Notes: a model not told the origin generated them from the letters alone. A stretch of 47,214 nucleotides of DNA from Prevotella sp. (GCA_022783515.1 JALEWR010000081.1:1-47214), one strand, 5' to 3'. Numbered from the stretch's first letter, positions 1 through 11,069 are shown. Made by a program: numbers and translations.

Positions 1-33
1 GAATTTCTACGAGAAAACCAAAGATTTGTCATA

Positions 34-73
34 GAAAAACGCCCCGAAATGCAATATTTTCGAGGCGTTTTTC
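34..73. terminator. Probable intrinsic terminator hairpin of a gene outside the window
   Basis: Imperfect inverted repeat gaaaaacgccccgaaa..tttcgaggcgtttttc with A/T tails. Confidence 0.5.
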
Positions 74-183
74 GTGTGCGGAGGGAACCCGGAAAAGAAC
101 GTTTCGTTTTACTAATCATAACGCTTCGTTTTGATTGGCACGAACATTTCGTTTTGCGGATTATACATAAAACATTTTTTAAA

Positions 184-275
184 GCAACGACATACACAAC
201 TCTTCACAACATCTTTTATGTCATCACCTCGCAAGTATTCTTGATTATGTCGTGAAGAGTGGTGGACGTCGTTGC
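184..275. repeat. Family A palindromic repeat, copy 1
   Basis: gcaacgacatacacaactcttcac ... gtgaagagtggtggacgtcgttgc; near-duplicate at 327-438 and related copies at 26731-26843 and 30628-30745. Confidence 0.85.
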
Positions 276-326
276 AAAAGAAATAGCTTGTTGTTGTAAC
301 ATTTATGATAATCGACTCATGTTTCA

Positions 327-438
327 GCAACGACATACACAACCTCTCACAACCTCTCACAACCTCTCACAACCTCTTTTATGTCATCACCTCACAAGTA
401 TTCTTGAGCATGCCGTGAAGAGTGGTGGATGTCGTTGC
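327..438. repeat. Family A palindromic repeat, copy 2, with internal 10-bp tandem expansion
   Basis: Same termini and core as 184-275; aacctctcac x3 plus a partial unit at 341-377. Confidence 0.85.
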
Positions 439-646
439 AAAAGAAAGATAATGATTACCGACTTTTTAAGCCGTGCGTCCTAACCCGAACCGACGTATGA
501 AAATGTACAATTTCTATGATGGTGGTAATGAATGTTGACATTGGCTTTTGTTGTTCTGGAAAAACATGCGGTGAGTTCTCACTGTAAAACATATCGGAAA
601 TAAGAATCTTTTGCGTTTTTCTTTCGCTTTTTCTCCGTTCATCACG

Positions 647-775
647 CAAAAGTATAGCTTTTTGTCGGCCAAACGATGCCTTTTATCCTGCCAAACGATA
701 GCTTTTACCACACAAAACGATAGTTTTTGCAAGGTCAAAGGATAGGTTTGGCGGCTGTAAAAACATGTGTTTGTT
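647..775. repeat. 22-bp-period array (CAAAA-N7-TTTTG-like cores)
   Basis: Units start at 647, 669, 691, 713, 735 and about 758, e.g. caaaacgatagtttttgcaagg. Confidence 0.8.
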
Positions 776-897
776 TATAAGTTGCTGATAATCAGAAGTA
801 TTTATAATTCGCATATTTGCGACCATTTATTTGTTTTGCCATAGCAAGAGGCTTTGTAATGCACAAACCGTGTATCTTTTTTTGGTTAATTTCTACG

Positions 898-945
898 ATG
901 AGCTTGTGAGTAAAACGCATTTTTTGAGGGACGAGAAAAGAACTT
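898..945 (+). repeat. Family B partial module
   Basis: gatgagcttgtgagtaaaacgcattttttgagggacgagaaaagaac is close to the reverse complement of 43639-43686. Confidence 0.8.
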
Positions 946-1065
946 TTAACCACGTTTCTTAACCCGAACCGGCGTATTCTTGCATTTCATCCATCTCAAT
1001 TGGTTAAAAGCGGTAGATGGGCAACATAAGATGGCGGTTTGCTTGTAGGGATATAAACAAATTCA

Positions 1066-1073
1066 TACTTTTG
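1066..1073 (+). promoter_or_regulatory. Bacteroidota sigma-A -7 box (TACTTTTG) for the C10 protease
   Basis: Matches TAnnTTTG, with TTG about 20 nt upstream. Confidence 0.6.
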
Positions 1074-1205
1074 CAGAAAACAAAATGAAACGAACAAGGT
1101 GACAGCGAATATAAAACAGTAAGTAACCAAGAAAATTAAAAGGAAATGAATGACAAAAAGGGTAGGATAACATCCTCTATTTTGAGAAGAAAAGAAAACA
1201 GTAAG

Positions 1206-3692
1206 ATGACAAAGTATGCTTTAGCTCTGCTCTCGGCCGTGTTGTGGCTCACAGATGGAACAGTGTCGGCACAGACAGTGAGTCGGGACGAGGCGGCACG
1301 CATTGCAGCCAAATACATCGACCGCGTACCGGTGAATAAATTGACTCGTGGCTATGAGGCTGAGTCAGACGCACAGATTGAAATGAGAAACACACCTTAC
1401 TACATCTTTAACGATGCCGACGGGGCAGGTTTTGTTATCGTGGCAGGTAGGCGAGAACTGCACGAGGTGTTGGGATATGCCACCGACGGGCATGTTGACA
1501 TTCATAACATTCCACCGGCTTTGGCTGCCTACTTGGAAGATTACAGCACGGCTGTGATGTCGTTGAAGATGGCAGAGAAATCATCATCACAGGCACAGAC
1601 ACGAAGCGGAACATCTGTCGCAGACGGTGCTGTAGAGGTAATAGGGCAAAACCACGAACCCATTGAACCCTTGCTGAAAACAAAATGGAACCAGTATGCA
1701 CCCTACAACAATCTGGCTCCAACCTTGGGCATAGGCGGCCCTCGACCACCTATCGGCTGTGTGGCAACGGCTTTGGCACAGGTGATGAATTTCAATCAAT
1801 GGCCTTTGAGGGGAAAAGGAAGTATGGAGTACACCCCTTCATACCGGCAGGGTGAACTGAATTATGGTGTGCAGAAAGTGGATTTTTCGCAGTCGGCTTA
1901 TCAATGGGACAAAACCAACGCCACCAGTGTGGGCAAGCAAGCAGGGGAGGCCGTGGCCAAAATCATGTACGACGCGGCTGTGTCGGTGCGTATGAGTTTT
2001 GAACCGCTGGCCAGTGGTGCCTATATGGATAATGCCGTGAAAGCCTTGAAAGACCATTTCGACTATACCGCAGTTATGATAGAACGCGAAAACATGAATA
2101 CGACAACCTATATATCCTATCTCTATAACGAGTTGAAGCAAGGTTTTCCCGTGATTATGAGCGGAGGCAAGGACAACGGGGCACACGCATGGGTGTGCGA
2201 TGGGGTGGATGCCAACGGATTGTTCTCGATGAACTGGGGATGGGGAGGATTGTCGGACGGCTATTTTGATTTAAGTTATCTCAATCCATACGAACGCGGT
2301 GCCGGCGGTGGAGAAGGCGATGGGTTTTATTCCAACCAGGTATTTATCGTGGCACGTCCCAACAAGAACGGGGTGACAGAACTTTCTCCGTTGCGTCCGG
2401 GATTGGAATTTAACGGCGAAGGCACAATAACAGCCGACAGCGAACAGACCACACGCAGCAAAGGCCTGAAAATAACGTTAAACGGATTGGGTAATTTTGT
2501 GCATCGCCAAGGAGTGAAAAGTCGTGTGGGAGTGGCTCTTTATCGGTCGCTTGAAGACAAAGACGCACTGAAGACCTATCATTTTGCACATGCCAACGAA
2601 GAATTGCTTCTGCCTTATGGTTCCCAAATAGCTTTTATGGAACAGACCGTTACCTTTGATGCCGCCATGCCCAATGGCACATACATCCTATATCCTGTTA
2701 CCATGGCTTATGAATGGGAAGAGGTGTGGCGCAAGACCGACAAACCTTGCTACCTGAAGATAAAGGTTGAAGGCGATAAGGTGAGCGTGATAGAGCGTAC
2801 CGATATTCCGCATCTTTATCTGTTGTCTGCCGTTCAGGGCAGTAAAGATGGAATCTCCGGTCGGGCCGCAAGCTGCGACCTGTCCTTATACAATGGTTCG
2901 ACGGTATCCTTTAATGGCACACTCAACATCCTGTTAAAGAAAGACGGAAAAACAGAGAAAATAGCGACCGAAAACTTCTTTCGGATGATGGACAACGACA
3001 AGGAAATACGACATATCGTTTTTACCGTACCGCAAGACTTGAAGTCGGGACGATACAATATGGAGTTCAGCTTAACTTATAATGAAGCACCTGGCGGACA
3101 GGAAGGGCAGGAACTCATGGTGGAGAACCAGGGCGATTCGTTGTTTTTGGATGTGCAGAATCCGGCCGAAGGACCCGCCATGCACTATATGGCAACCATT
3201 CTGGCTCACGATAATCAGCAGATAGCCGACCAACAGATGGATGTGAAGGCACATCCACAAACGGATGTCTTTGTACAAGCCGTGAATTTGAGTGGAATAG
3301 ACTATATGGGAAAAGTGGAGTATATGCTCGAAAACACACAAACCCACGAAAGAATATCATTGGGAGAATTATCTTACGAGATGAAAGGCAGAGAAGATAC
3401 ACCTTCGACCCATCATATCCTAAAGGTATACTGGTCGCATTATGACTTGAAAAAGAACATACCTTATCAACTTGTTACCCGACTCAAACGTGACGGTCGC
3501 ATCACCCATACATGGAAGTCGACACAAAGTGTTATCCTCTATTCAGCCAGCGATGTCCATTCGTTCAACGTTGAGTCTGCAAATGTTCCCATGAGTATAT
3601 ACACATTAGACGGCCGATATATGGGAACTACACTTCACGGACTGCCGAAAGGAATGTATATCGTGAACGGAAAGAAAGTAATCAAGGGATAA
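1206..3692 (+). CDS. Peptidase C10 family (streptopain/interpain-like) cysteine protease with inhibitory prodomain and T9SS C-terminal signal
   Basis: Signal peptide from MTKYALALL (start moved from 1146); prodomain YIFN..GFVIVAG..VLGY; WNQYAPYN, GCVATA (Cys), HAWVCDG (His), NWGWGG; C-terminus IYTLDGR..LPKGMYIVNGKKVIK. Confidence 0.92.
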   Translation: MTKYALALLSAVLWLTDGTVSAQTVSRDEAARIAAKYIDRVPVNKLTRGYEAESDAQIEMRNTPYYIFNDADGAGFVIVAGRRELHEVLGYATDGHVDIHNIPPALAAYLEDYSTAVMSLKMAEKSSSQAQTRSGTSVADGAVEVIGQNHEPIEPLLKTKWNQYAPYNNLAPTLGIGGPRPPIGCVATALAQVMNFNQWPLRGKGSMEYTPSYRQGELNYGVQKVDFSQSAYQWDKTNATSVGKQAGEAVAKIMYDAAVSVRMSFEPLASGAYMDNAVKALKDHFDYTAVMIERENMNTTTYISYLYNELKQGFPVIMSGGKDNGAHAWVCDGVDANGLFSMNWGWGGLSDGYFDLSYLNPYERGAGGGEGDGFYSNQVFIVARPNKNGVTELSPLRPGLEFNGEGTITADSEQTTRSKGLKITLNGLGNFVHRQGVKSRVGVALYRSLEDKDALKTYHFAHANEELLLPYGSQIAFMEQTVTFDAAMPNGTYILYPVTMAYEWEEVWRKTDKPCYLKIKVEGDKVSVIERTDIPHLYLLSAVQGSKDGISGRAASCDLSLYNGSTVSFNGTLNILLKKDGKTEKIATENFFRMMDNDKEIRHIVFTVPQDLKSGRYNMEFSLTYNEAPGGQEGQELMVENQGDSLFLDVQNPAEGPAMHYMATILAHDNQQIADQQMDVKAHPQTDVFVQAVNLSGIDYMGKVEYMLENTQTHERISLGELSYEMKGREDTPSTHHILKVYWSHYDLKKNIPYQLVTRLKRDGRITHTWKSTQSVILYSASDVHSFNVESANVPMSIYTLDGRYMGTTLHGLPKGMYIVNGKKVIKG

Positions 3693-3766
3693 ACAGCTCC
3701 AACTTGCGGAAGGCCATTTAACCTGTACACTCATTGACCTTAACCCCAATTCAGGTTGTTTTATAT

Positions 3767-3805
3767 GGATGGCGAGGCAAAAAATGCCAATCGCCATCCT
3801 TTTTC
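3767..3805 (+). terminator. Intrinsic terminator after the C10 protease
   Basis: ggatggcgaggca..tgccaatcgccatcc followed by a T run. Confidence 0.75.
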
Positions 3806-3886
3806 TTTTTCAGACGATTCTTTTTCCTTTCTCTTTCTTCTTTTCTAACGTTAGTCCGGTCTGAAATGGAAGTGACGGTTGATGAG

Positions 3887-5857
3887 TTAACTGTCCGACC
3901 CAGGGGGCATCTTAAAGATTCTGGTGGCATTTAATACGCATAATAGGGCGACGCCGCTGTCGGCAAAAACGGCTTGCCAGAGGTTGGCAAGGTCGAATAG
4001 TCCGAGAAGCATCACAAGGAATTTTACAGCAATGGCAAAGGTGATGTTCTGGATAATGATTGTTTTTGTGCGTCGACCGATACCGATTGCTTCCGCCACT
4101 TTTACGGGATTGTCGGTCTGGACAATCATGTCGGCTGTTTCAATGGCGAGGTCTGCTCCTCCTTTTCCCATGGCAATGCCCAAATGACTCAAGGCCAGCA
4201 CGGGTGCATCGTTGATGCCATCGCCCACAAAAGCCACTCTTTTCCCCTCTTCTTTTAGAGTTTCTATATGGCGGGCTTTATCCTCCGGCAGTAAATCGCC
4301 ATAGGCTTGACGAATGCCTAAGCGTTGTGCCATCTTCGTAACCAATGCCTGCTTGTCGCCCGAGAGCATTTCTATATGCTCCACGCCACAGTTTTTTAAA
4401 GCCTTGACAGATGTTTCAGCCTCCTTTTTCAAAGTGTCGGCGAGTGTGATATGCCCCATATATCGCTTGTTTTTGGCACATACCACCAGCGTTTCGGCAA
4501 TAGACTTGAGTGTTTGGGGATAACTAACCTCCTCTTTGTCAAGCAATCGGAGTGTACCCACCAGCCACTGTTCGCTTTCTATCGTTGCCGTCAAGCCGTA
4601 TCCGGGAATATCCCTTGTATCTATCTTCATTGCTGTTGGCACATATCGCACAATGGCTTTGGCTATGGGATGATTACTGGTTTTCTCCATTGCTGCCACC
4701 TTTTGCAAGTCTTCCTGTGCGAGTCCTACCACCTCTTGCACCGCAAATTCTCCTGTGGTCATTGTTCCTGTTTTGTCGAACACCACTGTATCTATTTGCG
4801 TGATGATGTCGAGATAGTTGCCCCCCTTAAAGAGAATGCCGCGTTTTGATGCAGCTCCGATACCTGCAAAATAACCCAAGGGGATGCTCACAACCAAGGC
4901 ACACGGGCAAGAAATGACCAAAAAGACCAATGCTCGTTTTAGCCAGATGGCGAAATCGTAGTGGAAACCGTCGCTTATCCATGCGTAGCCCCAAGGGAAG
5001 AGTATCACCATCAGAGCCAATGCAAAGACAATGGGAGTATAGATATGAGCAAAGCGACGGATAAAGAGCTCTGTGGGAGCTTTGCGTTCGCTTGCCTCTT
5101 CTACCATCTTTAATATACGCGATATGGCCGAATCGCCCACCTCACGCACTACCTCTATTCGTACCACGCTATCTTCCACTATCATTCCTGCCAACACCTC
5201 TTCACCCACGGTCATGCTCCGTGGCATACTTTCGCCTGTGAGAGCAGCAGTGTTGAACGAGAAAACCGCGTCTTTCCCCATTTCTTTGGCAGCCAAGATA
5301 CCATCTGTCGGTATTCTTTCGCCAGGAAAAACCTCGATGAAATCGCCCTTTTTAATCTCTTCAGGAGAAACCCACACCGTGTTTTCCTTTTCGTTTCCCC
5401 CTTCTTCTCCGTGTTGTAGTTTTCTTACTCGCTCTACCTTGAGTTCCATCAATCCCCTGATATGCCCCTTGGCTCTTTGCACCGCTTTCCCTTGCAGGTA
5501 CTCACCGATGCAATAAAGCAGCATTACTGCCACTGCTTCGGGATATTCTCCAATGGCGAAGGCTCCGATGCCAGCCACACTCATGAGCATAAACTCGCTA
5601 AAGACATCGCCTTTCATGGCATTTCTTCTTGCTTCGTTCATTACTCCCAAGCCCACAGGCAGAAAGGCAATGATGTACCAAATCAACTGAATCCATTCGT
5701 TTTTGAACCACTCCCAATGGACTACATTCAGCATGATGCCGCCCAAGAGCATGGCGGTTGACAGCAATGGCTGCCAAATCTGTACTTCGTCGTGGTGATG
5801 CTCATTGTTCTTATGGCATGAGCAACCACAACATGTTTCCTTACAATTTTGTGTCAT
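3887..5857 (-). CDS. Heavy-metal translocating P1B-type ATPase (CadA/ZntA-like, Zn/Cd/Pb class)
   Basis: TGES, CPC, DKTGT, HP, GDGINDAP and FADSGV motifs; Cys/His-rich N-terminus CCGCSCHKNNEHHH; start placed at 5857 because a -7 box lies at 5871-5878. Confidence 0.93.
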   Translation of the reverse strand: MTQNCKETCCGCSCHKNNEHHHDEVQIWQPLLSTAMLLGGIMLNVVHWEWFKNEWIQLIWYIIAFLPVGLGVMNEARRNAMKGDVFSEFMLMSVAGIGAFAIGEYPEAVAVMLLYCIGEYLQGKAVQRAKGHIRGLMELKVERVRKLQHGEEGGNEKENTVWVSPEEIKKGDFIEVFPGERIPTDGILAAKEMGKDAVFSFNTAALTGESMPRSMTVGEEVLAGMIVEDSVVRIEVVREVGDSAISRILKMVEEASERKAPTELFIRRFAHIYTPIVFALALMVILFPWGYAWISDGFHYDFAIWLKRALVFLVISCPCALVVSIPLGYFAGIGAASKRGILFKGGNYLDIITQIDTVVFDKTGTMTTGEFAVQEVVGLAQEDLQKVAAMEKTSNHPIAKAIVRYVPTAMKIDTRDIPGYGLTATIESEQWLVGTLRLLDKEEVSYPQTLKSIAETLVVCAKNKRYMGHITLADTLKKEAETSVKALKNCGVEHIEMLSGDKQALVTKMAQRLGIRQAYGDLLPEDKARHIETLKEEGKRVAFVGDGINDAPVLALSHLGIAMGKGGADLAIETADMIVQTDNPVKVAEAIGIGRRTKTIIIQNITFAIAVKFLVMLLGLFDLANLWQAVFADSGVALLCVLNATRIFKMPPGSDS

Positions 5858-5870
5858 ACCGTTTTTTTTG

Positions 5871-5878
5871 CAAAGGTA
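5871..5878 (-). promoter_or_regulatory. -7 box (TACCTTTG) for the P1B ATPase
   Basis: TAnnTTTG match just upstream of ATG 5857. Confidence 0.6.
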
Positions 5879-6147
5879 GATAAAGTCTTTTACTTTTGCA
5901 ACGGTATGAATGCTTTGAGACAATGAACCACTATGCTTGACAATAAGGTCAGTAGAAAGAAAAAGAACTGTTGACGTGGGCGAGAGCAGAGAGGGAGGTA
6001 CGAGTGTAAAGCATACAAATCATCAGCATCTCCTTTAAATACCGCCTATCGCAGTCTCTTCGGTTTTATGGAAAGAAATGTAAAAGAACTTTGGTTCTGT
6101 TTCTCAATAAACCATTTAAAAATGTTGCATAACTCGAAAAATCTTTG

Positions 6148-6155
6148 TAACTTTG
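6148..6155 (+). promoter_or_regulatory. -7 box (TAACTTTG) for rimP-nusA-infB
   Basis: Consensus match with TTG 20 nt upstream. Confidence 0.7.
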
Positions 6156-6168
6156 CAACATTCAGTGG

Positions 6169-6197
6169 AATGAGGGGCTCCGAGAGAGTTCCTCATT
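6169..6197 (+). promoter_or_regulatory. rimP leader hairpin
   Basis: aatgaggggctc-cgaga-gagttcctcatt stem with G-U pairs between the promoter and rimP; a leader hairpin is known upstream of rimP in many bacteria. Confidence 0.6.
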
Positions 6198-6219
6198 TTC
6201 ATTTTAATTAAATGAATGT

Positions 6220-6687
6220 ATGATAGACAAGAACGTCGTAAAAGGAATTGTTGAAGAATGGTTGGTTGACAAGGATTATTTTCTTGTTGACGTGGAAGTG
6301 AGTCCGGACGATCGCATCGTGGTGGAAATAGACCATGTAGATGGCGTGTGGATTGAAGACTGTGTGGAGCTGAGTCGCTTTATCGAAGAACGTATGAGTC
6401 GGGATGAAGCCGACTATGAGTTGGAGGTAGGGTCGGCAGGCTTGGGTCAACCATTCAAAGTGCCGCAACAGTATGTCAACTTCGTAGGAAAAGAAGTTGA
6501 AGTGTTGGATAAAGATGGCCGTAAATATAAAGGCGTTCTGAAGAGTGTGGAAGGAACGAGCTTTGTGGTGACGGCTGAAGAAAAGGTAAAGGTAGAGGGT
6601 AAAAAACGCCCTGAGCTGCAAGAGAAAGACTATACCTTCGACATGAATGGGGTGAAATATTGCAAATACCTCATTAGTTTTAAATAG
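6220..6687 (+). CDS. rimP: Ribosome maturation factor RimP
   Basis: IEDCVELSR, YELEVGSAGL motifs; position upstream of nusA. Confidence 0.95.
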   Translation: MIDKNVVKGIVEEWLVDKDYFLVDVEVSPDDRIVVEIDHVDGVWIEDCVELSRFIEERMSRDEADYELEVGSAGLGQPFKVPQQYVNFVGKEVEVLDKDGRKYKGVLKSVEGTSFVVTAEEKVKVEGKKRPELQEKDYTFDMNGVKYCKYLISFK

Positions 6688-6758
6688 ACGGCTCGATGGT
6701 TGTGGCCGGAGGCAGTGAGGATAGAAGACAAGAGAATAATAAAAACGAAATATACGCT

Positions 6759-8021
6759 ATGGTAGCAAGAAAGAAAGACGAGGATGTCTTGAGTATGGTA
6801 GACACCTTCAAAGAGTTTAAAGATACCAAGAATATCGACCGCACCACCTTGGTGAGCGTGTTGGAAGAAAGCTTCCGCAATGTGTTGGTGAAGCTGTTTG
6901 GTAGCGATGAAAACTTTGACGTGATTGTCAATCCCGACAAGGGCGACTTCGAGATTTATCGCAACCGTGTGGTTGTAGCCGACGGAGAAGTGGCAGACGA
7001 GAACAAGGAAATTGAACTGAAAGAAGCACAGCTGATTGATCCCGACTACGAGGTAGGCGAAGACTTGTCTGAACGTGTAGACTTTGCTAAGTTTGGTCGC
7101 CGTGCCATCCTTACATTACGCCAAACATTGGCTTCTAAAATATTGGAATTGGAACACGATTCTCTTTATAATAAGTATAAAGATCGCGTGGGACAAATCA
7201 TCTCAGGTGAGGTTTATCAGATTTGGAAACGCGAAGTGTTGGTGGTAGACGATGAGAACAACGAGTTGATTCTGCCTAAATCGGAACAAATTCCTGCCGA
7301 CCAATATCGCAAGGGTGAAACTATCCGTGCGGTGATTGAACGTGTAACCAACGATAATAATAATCCTAAGATTATCCTGAGTCGTACCAGTCCTGCGTTC
7401 TTGGAACGTTTGTTGGAGGCTGAAGTACCTGAAATTCATGATGGTTTGATTTCAATCAAACGTATCGCCCGTATGCCCGGCGAACGTGCAAAGATTGCCG
7501 TAGAAAGCTACGACGAACGCATCGACCCCGTAGGAGCTTGTGTGGGTGTGCGTGGTAGTCGTGTTCATGGAATTGTACGCGAATTGTGCAATGAGAATAT
7601 CGACGTGATCAACTATACCGCTAATATACGCCTCTTCATCCAACGTGCATTGAGTCCAGCAAGAGTCAACAGCATCAATATCGACGAAGAGAACCACAAG
7701 GCAGAGGTATTCCTCCACCCCGAGGAAGTGTCTTTGGCTATCGGTCGTGGCGGTTTGAATATTAAGTTGGCATCCATGCTCACCGGTTATACTATCGACG
7801 TATTCCGTGAAGTGGCAGAAGGTGAGGCAGATGAAGATATCTACTTGGACGAGTTCACTGATGAAGTGGACCAATGGATTATCGATGCCATCAAGAGTAT
7901 CGGTTTGGATACAGCCAAGGCGGTGCTGAATGCACCACGCGAAATGCTTGTGGAAAAAGCCGATTTGGAAGAAGAAACAGTAGACAACCTACTGAGAATA
8001 CTGAAAGCCGAGTTTGAGTAA
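6759..8021 (+). CDS. nusA: Transcription termination factor NusA
   Basis: FGRRA, S1 and KH domains (ARMPGERAKIAV, DPVGACVG, AIGRGGLN); start moved to MVARKK. Confidence 0.97.
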   Translation: MVARKKDEDVLSMVDTFKEFKDTKNIDRTTLVSVLEESFRNVLVKLFGSDENFDVIVNPDKGDFEIYRNRVVVADGEVADENKEIELKEAQLIDPDYEVGEDLSERVDFAKFGRRAILTLRQTLASKILELEHDSLYNKYKDRVGQIISGEVYQIWKREVLVVDDENNELILPKSEQIPADQYRKGETIRAVIERVTNDNNNPKIILSRTSPAFLERLLEAEVPEIHDGLISIKRIARMPGERAKIAVESYDERIDPVGACVGVRGSRVHGIVRELCNENIDVINYTANIRLFIQRALSPARVNSINIDEENHKAEVFLHPEEVSLAIGRGGLNIKLASMLTGYTIDVFREVAEGEADEDIYLDEFTDEVDQWIIDAIKSIGLDTAKAVLNAPREMLVEKADLEEETVDNLLRILKAEFE

Positions 8022-8165
8022 TCTCTCGGTTGAACAACAACGATTGTCGAGTGATGACACAGAACGTAAGGGTTGACGGGTGTTGCCCTACCTCTGCTGT
8101 CATGTTCGGACGCTACGACAACGATACTTTTTATTAACACCCAACCACCAACAAAGAAAAGAAGC

Positions 8166-11069
8166 ATGAGCATCAGATTGAATAAAGCATTAAAAGAATT
8201 AAATATCGGACTCCAAACGGCAGTGGAGTTTTTAGAAAAGAAAAGCGAGTTGGGTGAAGTAGAGAACAATCCTAATTTCAAACTCAACGAATCGCAATAC
8301 GAAGCATTGGTGAAGGCCTTCCAACAAGACAAGGAGGTGCGTAGTCAGGCAGAGAAAATCTTCCCTAAGAAAGCAAAGGAGAAGAAACGCCCTGCTGCAG
8401 ATGCTGCACCTGTAGAGAAGGAAACAACTCCCGAAACAGGCAAACAGCAATTCAAACCATTAGGGAAAATAGACCTCAGCCAATTTGATAACAAAGCTGC
8501 CAAAAAGAAATCTGATGACAAATCCACTCCTCAAGCTCAGACCGTTGCCGTAGGTCAAGCTCAGGAAACATCGGAAAAGAAAACTCCCGAAGCACCTCAG
8601 CAAGAGGTCAAGGCGGAAGTGAAGGCCGATGTGAAGCCCCAAACGGCATCCGAACCCGTTATAGAAACAAAGAAAGAAGAACCGGTGGCAACAGAAACCA
8701 AGAAAGAAGAGCAACCACAAAAGGCGTCTGTTCAGGTAACAGAACAAGTGGTGAAAGAAGCTGACGCTCCTGCTGCAGAAGAGAAGGGCAGTAAAGGACC
8801 GGAAATTTTCCAGCTTCAAAGTGAACGCCAAAACTCACCCAAGGTGAATGTTTTGGGAAAGATCGACTTGGCAACACTCAATCAAAGTACGCGTCCTAAG
8901 AAGAAAACAAAGGAAGAGCGACGCAAAGAAAGAGAGGACAAGAACAATGCAGCAGGTGGCGAACGCAAGAAAAGAGTGCGTATCAACTCTGAGAGAGTAG
9001 ACGTCAACGCAGCTACCAATCAGCAAGGACAGGATGCAAAGAAGAACCGCAACAACGGTGGCGGTAACAACAACCATCCTAACAATCGCAATAACAATGC
9101 CGGCGGCAATAACAATAACCGCAAGGGCAATAAGAAAAACAACCGCAATCAGAAGCCTATTGAGGTGAACGAGGAGGATGTGGCACGCCAGGTAAAAGAG
9201 ACATTGGCTCGCCTCACCAGTAAGAATCAAAACAAGAAGGGTGCTAAGTATCGTCGTGAAAAACGCGATGCCGTGCAAGAACGCTTGAACGAAGAACTGG
9301 CAGCAGAAAGCAAAGAAAGCAAGACACTGAAGATTACCGAGTTTGTTACCGTTAGCGAGTTGGCTACGATGATGGATGTATCGGTCAACCAGGTCATCGG
9401 AACATTGATGAGCGTAGGTGTCATGGTGTCTATCAACCAGCGTTTGGATGCCGAAACCATCAATCTTGTGGCAGATGAATTCGGATTTAAGACCGAATAT
9501 GTGAGTGCGGAGGTATCGGCTGCCGTAACCGAAGAGGAAGACGACGAAGCCGACCTGCTCTCTCGTGCCCCCATCGTAACGGTGATGGGACACGTTGACC
9601 ACGGTAAGACATCGTTGCTCGACTATATCCGCGATACCAATGTGATTGCGGGTGAGGCAGGAGGTATTACACAGCACATCGGTGCTTACAACGTGAAGTT
9701 GGAAAACGGACGTCGTATTACCTTCCTCGATACCCCCGGACACGAAGCGTTTACTGCCATGCGTGCTCGTGGTACACAAGTGACCGACATCGCCATCATC
9801 ATCATTGCTGCCGACGATAGCATCATGCCCACTACCAAGGAGGCCATCTCTCATGCCCAAGCGGCCAATGTGCCTATGGTGTTTGCCATCAACAAGATAG
9901 ATAAACCGGGAGCTAATCCCGACAAGATACGCGAAGACTTGTCGCAACTCAACCTTTTGGTAGAAGAATGGGGCGGTAAGTATCAGTGTCAGGAAATCAG
10001 TGCCAAGAAAGGAACAGGCGTTCAAGACCTGCTCGAAAAGGTATTGCTCGAAGCCGAAATGCTCGATTTGAAGGCTAACCCCAACCGCAAGGCAACGGGA
10101 AGTATCATTGAATCGTCATTGGATAAAGGTCGCGGATATGTATCGACCGTATTGGTAAGCAACGGTACATTGAAGCAAGGCGATATTGTCTTGGCTGGAA
10201 CAAGCTGGGGACGCATCAAGGCGATGTTCAACGAGCGTAACCAACGTATTGAACAAGCCGGTCCTGCAGAACCCACAATCGTTCTCGGACTTAACGGAGC
10301 ACCCACTGCGGGTGATACCTTCCATGTTCTGGAAACAGAGCAAGAGGCACGCGAAATTACCAACAAGCGTATTCAGTTGCAACGTGAGCAAGGCTTGCGT
10401 ACACAGAAGCGTTTGACCTTGAGCGACATCTCACATCGTATCGCCTTGGGTTCATTCAAAGAACTCAACATCATTGTTAAGGGAGATACCGACGGTTCAA
10501 TCGAGGCTTTGAGCGATTCGTTCATCCGCATGTCTACCGAGAAAATCAAAGTATCGGTTATCCACAAGGCTGTGGGTCAGATTTCAGAAAACGACGTAAC
10601 ACTTGCCGACGCTTCCGATGCTATCATCGTGGGCTTCCAGGTACGTCCTTCGAGTGCCGCTCGCAAATTGGCAGACCAAGAAGGTGTGGAAATCAACACC
10701 TATTCGGTTATCTACGACGCAATCGACGATATCCGTTCGGCTATGGTAGGTATGTTGGATAAGGTGAAGAAGGAAGTGATTACCGGTCAGGTTGAAGTTC
10801 GTGAAGTCTATAAAATATCTAAGGTGGGAACCGTTGCCGGTGCGTATGTTACCGAGGGTAAGGTTCACCGCGTAGACAAGGCACGCGTTATCCGCGATGG
10901 TATCGTGCTGCATACCGGTAATATCAACGCCCTTAAACGTTATAAAGATGATGTGAAAGAAGTGGTAACCAACTATGAATGTGGTATCAGTATTGTCAAC
11001 TTCAACGATTTGCAGGTAGGCGACGTTATCGAAACCTTCACCGAAATCGAGGTTGAACAAAAGCTGTAA
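8166..11069 (+). CDS. infB: Translation initiation factor IF-2
   Basis: [17 protein letters not shown]; start MSIRLNK. Confidence 0.98.
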   Translation: MSIRLNKALKELNIGLQTAVEFLEKKSELGEVENNPNFKLNESQYEALVKAFQQDKEVRSQAEKIFPKKAKEKKRPAADAAPVEKETTPETGKQQFKPLGKIDLSQFDNKAAKKKSDDKSTPQAQTVAVGQAQETSEKKTPEAPQQEVKAEVKADVKPQTASEPVIETKKEEPVATETKKEEQPQKASVQVTEQVVKEADAPAAEEKGSKGPEIFQLQSERQNSPKVNVLGKIDLATLNQSTRPKKKTKEERRKEREDKNNAAGGERKKRVRINSERVDVNAATNQQGQDAKKNRNNGGGNNNHPNNRNNNAGGNNNNRKGNKKNNRNQKPIEVNEEDVARQVKETLARLTSKNQNKKGAKYRREKRDAVQERLNEELAAESKESKTLKITEFVTVSELATMMDVSVNQVIGTLMSVGVMVSINQRLDAETINLVADEFGFKTEYVSAEVSAAVTEEEDDEADLLSRAPIVTVMGHVDHGKTSLLDYIRDTNVIAGEAGGITQHIGAYNVKLENGRRITFLDTPGHEAFTAMRARGTQVTDIAIIIIAADDSIMPTTKEAISHAQAANVPMVFAINKIDKPGANPDKIREDLSQLNLLVEEWGGKYQCQEISAKKGTGVQDLLEKVLLEAEMLDLKANPNRKATGSIIESSLDKGRGYVSTVLVSNGTLKQGDIVLAGTSWGRIKAMFNERNQRIEQAGPAEPTIVLGLNGAPTAGDTFHVLETEQEAREITNKRIQLQREQGLRTQKRLTLSDISHRIALGSFKELNIIVKGDTDGSIEALSDSFIRMSTEKIKVSVIHKAVGQISENDVTLADASDAIIVGFQVRPSSAARKLADQEGVEINTYSVIYDAIDDIRSAMVGMLDKVKKEVITGQVEVREVYKISKVGTVAGAYVTEGKVHRVDKARVIRDGIVLHTGNINALKRYKDDVKEVVTNYECGISIVNFNDLQVGDVIETFTEIEVEQKL

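Noticed and set aside
184-438. CRISPR array (CACAAC/GTTGTG ends resemble Bacteroidota repeats)
   Set aside because: Only two units, the interiors are near-identical rather than unique spacers, the arms are inverted and no cas genes are present.
49-738. Short ORFs at the window start
   Set aside because: They are translations of repeat DNA with no recognisable protein features.
647-775. 22-bp arrays as CRISPR or plasmid iterons
   Set aside because: Spacers are only 5 bp, units are degenerate, and no rep or cas gene is nearby; the context is core chromosome.
9040-9150. AAC-rich repeat in infB
   Set aside because: It encodes the variable Asn/Gly-rich linker of the IF-2 N-terminal region, which is ordinary.
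8835-10025. Long antisense ORFs (also 14188-15150, 19288-20295, 21713-22795, 27409-28881, 32395-33252)
   Set aside because: They are shadows of well-supported genes on the opposite strand and show no motifs.
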